Shown here: positions 1-8,028 of the stretch, piece after piece | How positions within the stretch are numbered: the stretch's first letter is position 1 | Layout: every line of letters begins with the position of its first letter | NCBI RefSeq assembly: GCF_000012285.1 | Contig: NC_007181.1 | Span: 300,001 to 332,000, forward strand | DNA length: 32,000 nt | Source of the DNA: Sulfolobus acidocaldarius DSM 639 | Lineage (GTDB): Archaea > Thermoproteota > Thermoprotei_A > Sulfolobales > Sulfolobaceae | Reading direction: 5' to 3' | The notes under the pieces: generated by a model | What the model was told of the DNA's origin: nothing | Databases searched by the model: none | The model's input: only the letters and a program-made list of their open reading frames with translations | Position numbers and translations under genes: made by a program

Positions 1-73
1 ATAAACTAGAAATTAAAAATATTTCAATCCAATTGTTTTCCTCTGGTCAAGAGGTAGCCAACAGCCTTACTCT

Positions 74-883
74 TCAGAACGGAGAGGAGGTAGACTCTGG
101 GCTCTGCTTCATTGTTTTAAATTCATAATCATATATTATCATGACATCTGAATCCTTATCAACCTCTCTGGCGCCATTAATATACTTCTTAGCTCCTTCC
201 ACATTATCAGCATAACAAACAGTTATTCCAGCATAACCATCAGTAAATTGCCACAATTTACATTCCTGTAAAACGGGTGATATGTCCTCAATTCTCTTAG
301 AGAACATGGAGAATATAACTATGTCTGCCCTTCCTAGATTAATTTCTGGCACTATCAAAATCATCCCTCTGAATCTCATATGCCTGATATGTTTTTCTAT
401 AACTCTAGTGTTGATGCCTAACTTTTTAGAAATTTCCGAAGAAGCTAGCCTAGGGTCTTCCTTCAACATTTCAACAATCTTCTTATCTAAACTTGAGGGT
501 TTGAGCTTATACTGAACAGGTAAATAAGTTAACACAGGATCTCCCAGTTCCTTACGCATATACTCTATCCTATCCTTTAACTCAGTTTGACTTGAACCAT
601 ATATGCCGTAGACATTAAGCCATTCTAGACATCTTAGCTTAAAGGAAATCCAATCAGCGTCTATCTCCTTGTAATTCTTAAAGGCAATATACAGTTGATA
701 TTGACCATAAAAGTTAGGGTTAATATATAACTTAAATCCCTTTAAAATATTGCTATCTATAAGTTTTCGGAACCTATAATTTAAACTTGCAGGCGTCAAG
801 TTAAGCAGACTTGCTATTCTTCTCTGTGATATTCTGCCATCTTTGAGAAAAAATGAAAGAATTCTCTTATCTACTATATCCAT
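74..883 (-). CDS. Lrp/AsnC-family transcription regulator with an internally duplicated (tandem) architecture
   Basis: 269-aa ORF with two AsnC-type HTH segments ('DKRILSFFLKDGRISQRRIASLLNLTPASLNYRFRKL', res ~5-41; 'DKKIVEMLKEDPRLASSEISKKLGINTRVIEKHIRHM', res ~133-169). Each is followed by a ~70-aa segment in the position of a RAM/effector domain. The ATG at 883 lies 4 nt after the stop of ORF 888-1091, suggesting an operon. Confidence 0.8.
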   Translation of the reverse strand: MDIVDKRILSFFLKDGRISQRRIASLLNLTPASLNYRFRKLIDSNILKGFKLYINPNFYGQYQLYIAFKNYKEIDADWISFKLRCLEWLNVYGIYGSSQTELKDRIEYMRKELGDPVLTYLPVQYKLKPSSLDKKIVEMLKEDPRLASSEISKKLGINTRVIEKHIRHMRFRGMILIVPEINLGRADIVIFSMFSKRIEDISPVLQECKLWQFTDGYAGITVCYADNVEGAKKYINGAREVDKDSDVMIIYDYEFKTMKQSPESTSSPF

Positions 884-887
884 GGAA

Positions 888-1091
888 TCACACTTTCTTA
901 ATGTTTTGTTTTATCTTTTCTGCTACGTCTGATGGAATTTCTTTCATACCGTGGGCAGTCTTAGCATGGACCTTCAGTATTTCTAGCACTTCCTGTTCAG
1001 AGGACGCATTCTTTACTTCAAATCCACAGTTCATTCCTACGCTACTACAACTAAATTCGTACTTCTTCTTCTTGCCAAATCCAAATACCAT
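888..1091 (-). CDS. DUF1059-like small protein (putative 2Cys/2His metal-binding domain)
   Basis: 67 aa. Core 'YEFSCSSVGMNCGFEVKNASSEQEVLEILKVHAKTAHGMKEIPSDVAEKIKQNIKKV' is paralogous to both halves of ORF 1187-1546. A TATA-like box lies ~27 nt upstream of the ATG. Confidence 0.75.
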   Translation of the reverse strand: MVFGFGKKKKYEFSCSSVGMNCGFEVKNASSEQEVLEILKVHAKTAHGMKEIPSDVAEKIKQNIKKV

Positions 1092-1186
1092 ATATTATAA
1101 TTCCGTGAAAGATATATTTATTAATTCATTAAAACTATTCAAACGCCTCTATATATATTTAAAAAACTAATGTTATGTGATAGTAA
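1092..1186. promoter_or_regulatory. Divergent promoter region between the two DUF1059 genes
   Basis: 95-bp AT-rich spacer. 'ctatatatatttaaaaa' (1149-1165) is centred ~30 nt upstream of ATG 1187. The reverse complement of 1112-1125 ('attaataaatatat') is centred ~27 nt upstream of ATG 1091. A quasi-palindrome TTAAT-TC-ATTAA sits at 1121-1132. Confidence 0.4.
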
Positions 1187-1546
1187 ATGGTAAAGTACAC
1201 CTTCAAATGTGCGGATGTAGGAATGGACTGCGGATTCGAAATAGTTAATGCTGGAAGTGAAGACGAACTGTTAGAAGCACTTAAATCCCACGCAAAAATG
1301 TCACATGGACTAACATCAATACCACCTGATCTAGTAAACAAAATAAAGCAAAACATAAAGAAGAGCGGAAAATACTATTTCGCCTGTAGCAGTGTTGGAA
1401 TGGACTGCGGATTTGAAATAAAGGCAGCATCTTCAGAACAAGAGTTATTAGAAGAGCTCATGGCTCATGCAAAGATGTCACACGGACTAACATCAATACC
1501 ACAAGATACCCTAAACAAGATAAAACAAAATATCAAAGTAATGTAA
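1187..1546 (+). CDS. Tandem double-DUF1059 protein
   Basis: 119 aa made of two ~57-aa repeats ('YTFKCADVGMDCGFEIVNAGSEDELLEALKSHAKMSHGLTSIPPDLVNKIKQNIKK' and 'YYFACSSVGMDCGFEIKAASSEQELLEELMAHAKMSHGLTSIPQDTLNKIKQNIKV'). The halves share identical nucleotide runs: 'ggaatggactgcggatt' (17 nt) and 'ggactaacatcaataccac' (19 nt). Confidence 0.75.
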   Translation: MVKYTFKCADVGMDCGFEIVNAGSEDELLEALKSHAKMSHGLTSIPPDLVNKIKQNIKKSGKYYFACSSVGMDCGFEIKAASSEQELLEELMAHAKMSHGLTSIPQDTLNKIKQNIKVM

Positions 1547-1550
1547 GAAG

Positions 1551-1566
1551 TTTTTTATTCTTTTTT
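1551..1566 (+). terminator. Oligo-T archaeal terminator after the tandem DUF1059 gene
   Basis: Two T6 runs (1551-1556 and 1561-1566) begin 5 nt after the TAA stop at 1544-1546. Confidence 0.5.
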
Positions 1567-1628
1567 ACCTTATATTCAATAGAATAAATATACACTCTCG
1601 GAAGTGACTATTGGTTCTCGAACTATAT

Positions 1629-2027
1629 TTATACATGGAAGAATTCAGGTTTAAATATCATAACGTAAAACAAAAAGAGTGTAACGAGTATGTAGAGTAC
1701 AGATACAAACCTCATCCTCCTTCTGAACTCAACTAGTCCCCTATAAGTAAGTCTATAGTGGTAAAATTCCAAGAAAAGGAGGAAGGGAGATATAATAAAG
1801 GCATAATAAGCCCACTTGGGAAATCCTAACTCCATCCACATATAAGCTCCCGATAAAGCGATAACAAACAAGGATATGATCTCGATAAAAACTAACTTTC
1901 TATAGGCTACCAGTATTCGTGAATCTGATAATTTCATAAATTCAATGAGATAATAAGCTCCAGTACTAAGACCAGCCCATCCTATAACTCCTAGCAAGTG
2001 GATGTACAACATTAATTCATAGAACAC
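1629..2027 (-). CDS. Small integral membrane protein (about 4 TM helices), function unknown
   Basis: 132 aa with four hydrophobic stretches. The first helix carries 'YIHLLGVIGWAG', an H-x-x-G-type motif reminiscent of CopD/DUF2269-like membrane proteins (weak). A TATA-like 'tttataaat' (reverse complement of ~2054-2062) lies ~30 nt upstream of the ATG. Confidence 0.6.
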   Translation of the reverse strand: MFYELMLYIHLLGVIGWAGLSTGAYYLIEFMKLSDSRILVAYRKLVFIEIISLFVIALSGAYMWMELGFPKWAYYAFIISPFLLFLEFYHYRLTYRGLVEFRRRMRFVSVLYILVTLFLFYVMIFKPEFFHV

Positions 2028-2191
2028 ATTGAATTAGTCTGATCATTCTTTAAAAGAATTTATAAAACTGTGATGGACAATCTACCTTAATCTTGGTGAT
2101 CCTATCAATGTTTCAGTTCACAGAACTGTGGAGAGAAAAACAGAGAGAACTTTTATGCGTTTTAACTTAGACAGTAAGATTAATTTTTAGT

Positions 2192-3019
2192 TCATGATAT
2201 ATATCTACTTTCAATCTCTGGCAAAACCATAACTACCTGTGATGCCTGGAGGCTACTGGATGATTGAGATGTAGTAGTGGTCGAAGATGTACTGTTCAAG
2301 AAAACATTACAGACATTTGTAGGTTTCCCGCCGTCAATTTGGCAAATATATTTAGTAATTAGATTAGCCTGCGCATACACTTGTAGATATATTTGACTAT
2401 TTGGATCATTAAGCTGGCTTATAACGTAATTCCAATCGTGCCCTGACATGAGACCGGGATTAATTGAAGTACCTACCTGATAATAATACCCTATTATGAT
2501 GAACGGTATCTGACCCTTACCATATTGGGTCCACATTTGATAAATATTGGTAGGAACGGGTTCTAACTGACTTCCATTTCTAGCCTCGTACTCTATCCCT
2601 ATAAAAGATATATATGGGCTAGTGTAGTTAGCCTTCACAAAAGTGAAGGTAGGCGTATTAGGATAAACGTCTGTGGAACTAGATTGCATATACTCTAAGC
2701 CTGTAAAGTTTCCGAACCTAAGAAGAGCTAATATTAGAGCCCATCGTTCAACTGCACAATAGGGACACCATTCAGCTCCTACGTATATTACCGCAGGTTT
2801 ACCCTCTGATGAAAAGTTTAATGGAAGAACCTGTAAATTAGTAGGATAAGCTTGTACATTATAACCCTGTTTACTTAACTCAACTAACTCTGGATATATG
2901 GAGATATTCTTACCTAAAGACGATGAATTGTTTGAAGAAGACAGTGAAACACCTATAATGACTCCAGTTATAATTACTAGTAAAACTATAACAATAATCT
3001 TGTAATACTTAGATGGCAT
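2192..3019 (-). CDS. Membrane-anchored extracytoplasmic thioredoxin-fold protein with a CPYC motif (DUF929-like)
   Basis: 275 aa with an N-terminal TM anchor ('IIVIVLLVIITGVIIGV'). 'VIYVGAEWCPYCAVERWAL' is a Trx/Grx-type C-P-Y-C active-site context. It has at least 8 N-x-S/T sequons and a Ser/Thr-rich C-terminal tail ('NSTSSTTTTSQSSSS'), which argues for surface exposure. Confidence 0.7.
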   Translation of the reverse strand: MPSKYYKIIVIVLLVIITGVIIGVSLSSSNNSSSLGKNISIYPELVELSKQGYNVQAYPTNLQVLPLNFSSEGKPAVIYVGAEWCPYCAVERWALILALLRFGNFTGLEYMQSSSTDVYPNTPTFTFVKANYTSPYISFIGIEYEARNGSQLEPVPTNIYQMWTQYGKGQIPFIIIGYYYQVGTSINPGLMSGHDWNYVISQLNDPNSQIYLQVYAQANLITKYICQIDGGKPTNVCNVFLNSTSSTTTTSQSSSSLQASQVVMVLPEIESRYIS

Positions 3020-3120
3020 ACTTAGGTTTATTCATAAAATCCGATATATTAGTTTGTCGTTAGAAAATTTTTAACTAATTCTTAAGTAAGAAAATATACG
3101 CTATCATATTTGATTGGAAA

Positions 3121-4209
3121 ATGAGTAAACACAAGAAAAATACTAGAGCGGTATCTAACGCTGTATTTGTAGCGGTAGCCGTAATCCTTATTATAATTGC
3201 GGCTGTAGGTTTCGCACTATATGCCACCAAGCCTTCGACCACATCAACTGTTACTACTACAGTGCCAACAACTGTGGTTTCTACAGTAACCACACCGGGA
3301 ATGACAACCACCTCTACACAGACAGTTACCGCAACACAGACAGTCACGTCTACACAGACTCAAACAGTTACTTCTACTTTGACTAAGCCTGTTACTGTTA
3401 ACTCCTCTGGTGCCTTTTACAATGGCCAAGTAATAACGTTCCAGTATACTGCCCAGTTCATGTGTACACCCCCTGCCACAACGTTCTTCCCCAATGAGAC
3501 TAACCAGAGCAAGGCTGCAATGGGCTGTGAAGTCGGTGCTGGTAATATTTCAGCGTTCCCCAAGAACGCTGCACCAGTGTTTGTTTTAGTCCCTGCTTTT
3601 GCAGGTCTCTCAATATTTGGTCCCACACAACTTAATGCAACACCCCAGGGATTCCCAACATTTACCTACAACAATGTGACTTATGTTATTACCACCCAAT
3701 GTGGTGCTGCTGGGACAATGACTGCCTGTCCTGACCACATGACCTACATCTACTCACCAGCATTTACTGCTGTTGAGCAGGCTTTGGGTATTAAGAACGG
3801 TGTGTTTAACCTACCAGAGGGTGTTTTACCAACACCAGCCCACGACCACTTGGTCACATTTACCACAAACCAGAGTATCCCATGGTATATTGTCGTTGTG
3901 TTAGTGTTTGACCCCAACATATTCCCCAACCCAATAACAGGCCAATGCCAGGCTATAGTGCCATCAAACACTACTAACCCAACAGCTAACTGTTTGAACA
4001 ATATTCAGGCTCTTGAGAACGCAATGATGACCTATGATAGTGCAGTTGGAATGGCTAATGCTAAGAACCCAATATGGACTACACTAGTTAACACTGACTT
4101 ACAGGTTGTTGTGCCAGGTATAACATCACCAAGTCAATTAATGTCAGCTACGAACTCTAACATGGTGTTATACTTTAGCGACCCAGCAATCTACCCATAC
4201 CCAATATAA
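3121..4209 (+). CDS. Secreted or membrane-anchored Thr-rich glycoprotein of unknown function
   Basis: 362 aa with a short basic N-terminus and a TM/signal helix ('AVFVAVAVILIIIAAVGFALY'). A ~70-aa Thr/Val-rich linker precedes a globular domain with 6 Cys and at least 8 N-x-S/T sequons. Confidence 0.7.
   Translation: MSKHKKNTRAVSNAVFVAVAVILIIIAAVGFALYATKPSTTSTVTTTVPTTVVSTVTTPGMTTTSTQTVTATQTVTSTQTQTVTSTLTKPVTVNSSGAFYNGQVITFQYTAQFMCTPPATTFFPNETNQSKAAMGCEVGAGNISAFPKNAAPVFVLVPAFAGLSIFGPTQLNATPQGFPTFTYNNVTYVITTQCGAAGTMTACPDHMTYIYSPAFTAVEQALGIKNGVFNLPEGVLPTPAHDHLVTFTTNQSIPWYIVVVLVFDPNIFPNPITGQCQAIVPSNTTNPTANCLNNIQALENAMMTYDSAVGMANAKNPIWTTLVNTDLQVVVPGITSPSQLMSATNSNMVLYFSDPAIYPYPI
3316..3375 (+). repeat. 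Imperfect in-frame tandem repeat encoding the TQTVT(A/S) linker
   Basis: 'acacagacagttaccgca' (3316-3333), 'acacagacagtcacgtct' (3334-3351) and 'acacagactcaaacagttacttct' (3352-3375). This low-complexity tract also generates the spurious antisense ORFs 3075-3347 and 3244-3429. Confidence 0.8.
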
Positions 4210-4320
4210 AACAACAACAAACATGAATATTAAATCCATATATTAAGTAAATTATAATTTTTTTATATTAAACAAAAAATTTCCATTTTTGTCCTATAGG
4301 AACAAATGAATACATTAATC

Positions 4321-5724
4321 TTACCATGATATATTTTCCACAGTTTTTGCTATTTTCAGCAGTGCCTCATCATGATAAATTTTACCTATTATTTGTAAAC
4401 CTATTGGTAATCCACTCAATTTAACTGAAGGAATACTAATTGCTGGAAAACCAAGTAGGTTAACAAACCCGGTATATTTAATAATGGTTCTCCTATAATC
4501 TAGCTCCTTACCCATTATCTCATTAGTTTTTGGAGGAAGTATAGGCACCGTTGGGGTTATCACAGCATCAACGTGATTGAAAAGTCTAAGAAAATCACTA
4601 ATTAAATACTTTCTGGATATCATGGATTGAATATATTCGTGAGCAGGAATTGACATACCATTTCTGATCAGCTCTGCCACATCCCTGGGATAATCATCCT
4701 CCCTAGACATGAATAAATCTTTGTGAAATGCAGCTGCCTCAGCAAGTCTTATAGTTGTAGTGATTTTATGAGAAGTCTCTATATCGAAGTTTACACGTTC
4801 TGTCTTAAAGCCTTCGGAGTCAAGTTTTGAAACCACATTATCTAAAAATTCTTTCTCGACCTCAGTCTGGCTTTCTTGTACTAATATGCCTAACGTGATC
4901 CTTCGAGGTTCTACACCTTGAGCTACGTTATCTATGTTTATTCTTGGGATATTGACTGTCGAAGAGTCGTTCTCGTCATAACCCATTATAAAGTAGGAGA
5001 TCAGTGCAACGTCTAAAACGGTTTTGCTTAAAACACCTATGGTATCTAGAGACCAAGCAGTTGGAAACAATCCGTATCTGCTTACGAGACCATTACTGGG
5101 TTTATACCCTATCACACCACAGAACGAGGCGGGAACTCTTACTGACCCAACTGTGTCGGTACCTAATGAGATAGGAACAGAGCCAAAGGCTACTGATGAC
5201 GCTGAACCTCCGCTAGAGCCACCTGTTATCCTTTCAGTATCTAAAGGATTTCTTGTAGGTCCAAACTCCGAGACGAGATTACTGACCCCTGACGCAAAAG
5301 CATGGAGATTGTTTTTACCGACAATTATGGCATCTGCCTCAAGTAGTTTGTTGATAACAGTAGCGTTATAATTAGGATAAAATTCTCTGAAGATCTTACT
5401 GGCTATTGTTGTTCTTATGCCTTTGGTAAATATGTTGTCTTTTACTGCGATAGGTAAACCCGATAAGGGACCAGTAGGTATTCCTCTTTTAATATGCTCC
5501 TCTAATTTCTCAGCATGTCTAAGAGCCTCATCTTTAATAATTGTTATATAGCTGTTGAACTTTTCAGCGTCAGTTTTCATTTTATCTAGTGTATGCTGAA
5601 TTAAATCTACAGGACTTTGATTCCTATTAATAATGTCATTTAAGGTGAGAATTACCTCTGGCTTCGGTCTGATATAGTCTGGACCTATAATTTTTTGAAT
5701 ATCGTTCATGATTTTAGTAGACAT
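4321..5724 (-). CDS. Amidase-signature family amidase (GatA-like)
   Basis: 467 aa. Signature elements are 'IAVKDNI' (catalytic Lys context), 'GGSSGGSASSVA' and 'GTDTVGSVRVPASFCG' (Ser-cisSer-Lys triad context). Confidence 0.85.
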   Translation of the reverse strand: MSTKIMNDIQKIIGPDYIRPKPEVILTLNDIINRNQSPVDLIQHTLDKMKTDAEKFNSYITIIKDEALRHAEKLEEHIKRGIPTGPLSGLPIAVKDNIFTKGIRTTIASKIFREFYPNYNATVINKLLEADAIIVGKNNLHAFASGVSNLVSEFGPTRNPLDTERITGGSSGGSASSVAFGSVPISLGTDTVGSVRVPASFCGVIGYKPSNGLVSRYGLFPTAWSLDTIGVLSKTVLDVALISYFIMGYDENDSSTVNIPRINIDNVAQGVEPRRITLGILVQESQTEVEKEFLDNVVSKLDSEGFKTERVNFDIETSHKITTTIRLAEAAAFHKDLFMSREDDYPRDVAELIRNGMSIPAHEYIQSMISRKYLISDFLRLFNHVDAVITPTVPILPPKTNEIMGKELDYRRTIIKYTGFVNLLGFPAISIPSVKLSGLPIGLQIIGKIYHDEALLKIAKTVENISW

Positions 5725-5917
5725 GATATTTTACCTTAAAACCGTAATAATTAAACATAAAATATTTTTCTTATCATGAAAATCGCAGAAGGCTATATAA
5801 AGAAATTTAATACTTCAACATTACCATTATTATTATCGAAGCCTAAGAATAGCGGAAAAACTCCACATGAAAGAAATTTAGGCTATTATAAAAGATCTTC
5901 TAAAGTTGAAATGCAAC

Positions 5918-5946
5918 AAAAAATAAAAACTTTTGACATTTAAAAA
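5918..5946 (-). terminator. Oligo-T terminator region downstream of the Sac7e gene
   Basis: On the minus strand, a T5 run (5942-5946) lies 19 nt after the stop. It is followed by 'gtttttattttttg' (T5 + T6, 5918-5929). Confidence 0.45.
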
Positions 5947-5964
5947 GCCCTTTATACCTTCCCC

Positions 5965-6162
5965 TTACTTCTTCTTTTCTGCTCTTGCTAACATGTCCAT
6001 TAGTTCTTTTGGAGCGTCTTTTTCGCTTACAGCTCCTCTACCTGTCTTACCATTGTCGTCATAGGTAAAGGACACCATTTTGCCAACTCTCCAGACCTTC
6101 TTTATCTTTGAAGTGTCTACTTCTTTCTCTTCACCCTTATACTTAAACCTGACTTTTGCCAT
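5965..6162 (-). CDS. sac7e: 7-kDa chromatin DNA-binding protein Sac7e (Sac7d/Sso7d family)
   Basis: 65 aa: '[65 protein letters not shown]'. It matches my recollection of S. acidocaldarius Sac7e and differs from Sac7d only at the termini. Confidence 0.95.
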   Translation of the reverse strand: MAKVRFKYKGEEKEVDTSKIKKVWRVGKMVSFTYDDNGKTGRGAVSEKDAPKELMDMLARAEKKK

Positions 6163-6261
6163 ATTTGTTCATGTATATCTTAAATTCGCCATTAATTAAT
6201 ATTATCATTAATATACCAGTATTACATTAATATCCAAATATCATTAGTATCACATTACAAT

Positions 6262-8028
6262 TTATTTCAAAATAGCCCTAACTTTTGTGAAATTTATCTG
6301 AGGAGTACCACCATATTCATTTATAGCATTATTTACTATACTATTTACAGGTTTGTCGTCTAAGTCAAATAACCCTGACTTATACATGTAATATACTCCT
6401 TTAGGGACACGTTCGGATATCTTAAATATAACGCGAATTTTACCGAAGTCACTCTCCAGGTAACCCTCTCCCTCATAACAACAGTTATAAACTATTGGTT
6501 TAGGTCTGTCATATATCTCGTTAAATTGGCTGTTTGTGTGATTTGGATGAGAGGAGAAAACCAGATATTCACCCACTGGTGGCTCTTTAAGTCTGGGTAA
6601 AGGATTTACCTTCACTTTCTGGAAGCCATCGTAGTACCTCTTGACCTTTACAACCTTATTCTTAACTAACTCCTCTAAACTTACACCTGTTCTTCGTATT
6701 GCATAATCTACTGCTTTCCATTCATCCTCTTCTATCAAGGGATGAGAGATACCTAGTTGTTTCGCAATTAGCCTCATCAACCTAATCTCATCAACTCCCT
6801 TAGGTTCACAAATTGGTTCATTATATACCAGGTAATCATGCCAATAACTGTAGACAACATCCCGTTTTTCAAGAAAAGTCGGTGAGGGGATAACTACGTT
6901 AGAAAGCTTAACGCTTTCATTAATGAACGGGTCATGCATAATTAATGTTAACCTACCCTCCTTTATCGCCTCCACTATCCTATCACTATTAGGTAGAGAG
7001 TGTATGGGATTAGAATTCCAGGCAAAAATAACTTTTATATTTCCCTTTTCTACTTCCTCTCCAACTTTACCCATTGGGGCAATTCTCGCTGGTTTTGAAA
7101 GATGTAATCCCCTCAAATAGCTAAAGTCTATTCCCCACCCCTGGCTGTTGGAATAGAAGAACCCCCTTCTTAGACCTAGTAAGGCTGGAATCAAAGATAT
7201 TAGTGATACTGCATCTCCGCCATAATATGTCCTTCCTAAAGCAAACCCTATGATGGTCAATGGTCTACGATCGTAGTAAAGATCTCCTAACTCTTCAATA
7301 TATTTCCTATTGAGCCCAGTTACACTCTCGATCTCATCCCAAGTATAACTATTCACGTACTCTCTGAGAGTCGCTTCATCATCTAGTATATCCGCACTTA
7401 CTCCGCGAGCGAAAATTCTCTTCATGACTCCAACTGCCAGAAATCCGTCACTGCCTGGTCTTACCAAATAGTATTTGTCACTCCTCCTTGCAGTTTCACT
7501 AATTCTCACATCCACTGTGATCTTGTATTTACTCTGTAACAATTTCCAACCGTGTATAAAGGAGACAGCACTTTCGCTACCCCAAAAAACTACACTGTCA
7601 TATTTCTCAAATTCTTCGGGCAGAGCACCAAAGGAACTACCGTAATGCGCCTTGATAGCTTCGTGACCTTCAGACGCACAAATAGAGTAGTCTATAGATA
7701 ACGTACCTAATAAATTCCACAATCTGGCTGGATAATACCAGGTAAGTAATCCTTGATTACCATCATACTCGACATGAATTATCTTGTCTTTGGGAGTCTC
7801 TTTAATAATCTTACTTATGTATTTCACAGAGTCCTCTAGGCTAGTCTCCTTTCCCTCTACCAGAGGACTTAAGACTCTATTGATCTTATTTCTCCTTAAG
7901 TCAGCATTACCTCTTGAACAGGTAAAACCCAAAAAGGGAAAAGATTTTAAAGGTTTATAATTATCATCGAAGATACACGTATCATAACAGTCCCTTGTGC
8001 AGGCAATTACCATTAAATAGTTATTCAT
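6262..8028 (-). CDS. Molybdopterin (MopB-superfamily) oxidoreductase catalytic subunit, cytoplasmic type
   Basis: 588 aa. The N-terminal Cys cluster 'ACTRDCYDTC...GFTCSRG' is a Fe-S-type motif of MopB enzymes. There is no twin-arginine signal. An alternative start at Met6 (ATG 8013, 'MVIACTRDC') sits ~25 nt downstream of the TATA-like 'tttttataa' (reverse complement of 8034-8042), which fits a leaderless mRNA. Confidence 0.8.
   Translation of the reverse strand: MNNYLMVIACTRDCYDTCIFDDNYKPLKSFPFLGFTCSRGNADLRRNKINRVLSPLVEGKETSLEDSVKYISKIIKETPKDKIIHVEYDGNQGLLTWYYPARLWNLLGTLSIDYSICASEGHEAIKAHYGSSFGALPEEFEKYDSVVFWGSESAVSFIHGWKLLQSKYKITVDVRISETARRSDKYYLVRPGSDGFLAVGVMKRIFARGVSADILDDEATLREYVNSYTWDEIESVTGLNRKYIEELGDLYYDRRPLTIIGFALGRTYYGGDAVSLISLIPALLGLRRGFFYSNSQGWGIDFSYLRGLHLSKPARIAPMGKVGEEVEKGNIKVIFAWNSNPIHSLPNSDRIVEAIKEGRLTLIMHDPFINESVKLSNVVIPSPTFLEKRDVVYSYWHDYLVYNEPICEPKGVDEIRLMRLIAKQLGISHPLIEEDEWKAVDYAIRRTGVSLEELVKNKVVKVKRYYDGFQKVKVNPLPRLKEPPVGEYLVFSSHPNHTNSQFNEIYDRPKPIVYNCCYEGEGYLESDFGKIRVIFKISERVPKGVYYMYKSGLFDLDDKPVNSIVNNAINEYGGTPQINFTKVRAILK

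Noticed and set aside
2068-2123. A 56-nt stretch with C-box-like GTGATGG (2070-2076), C'-like GTGATCC (2096-2102) and complementary ends (ctgtg / cacag), the size of a C/D box sRNA.
   Set aside because: There is no CTGA-like D or D' box at the required 12-nt spacing on the + strand, and on the minus strand the only CTGA precedes the C-like boxes. The perfect hairpin cagttc-aca-gaactg (2113-2127) plus a T-run on the minus strand is better explained as the terminator of ORF 2192-3019.
4292-4301. A perfect 10-bp palindrome TCCTATAGGA in the convergent intergenic region, and a 13-bp palindrome TTAAGA-T-TCTTAA at 31588-31600 upstream of the DUF2203-like gene.
   Set aside because: Short palindromes of this size are expected by chance in such AT-rich spacers. 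They are plausibly part of a terminator or operator, but there is no second copy or other support.
5024-5371. Long antisense 'shadow' ORFs in the track: 5024-5371, 11307-11696, 14487-14813, 20310-20633, 853-1170, 1159-1356, 3075-3347, 3244-3429, 3417-3626, 3750-4001, 8449-8712, 25530-25763, 27515-27757, 30723-31010 and others.
   Set aside because: Each lies entirely within, and opposite or out of frame to, a longer ORF with clear family motifs. Their products are low-complexity (Ser/Pro/Leu-rich) and have no independent promoter geometry.
4321-5724. The amidase as GatA of the tRNA-dependent amidotransferase.
   Set aside because: No gatB or gatC lies adjacent and the gene is monocistronic. 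Amidase-signature paralogues are common, so I kept the generic call.
5776-5943. An unlisted 55-codon + strand ORF (MKIAEGYIKKFNTSTL...) in the sac7e-amidase intergenic region.
   Set aside because: It overlaps the oligo-T terminator tract of sac7e and the amidase promoter on the other strand. It has low-complexity Lys-rich composition and no recognisable motif or convincing promoter.
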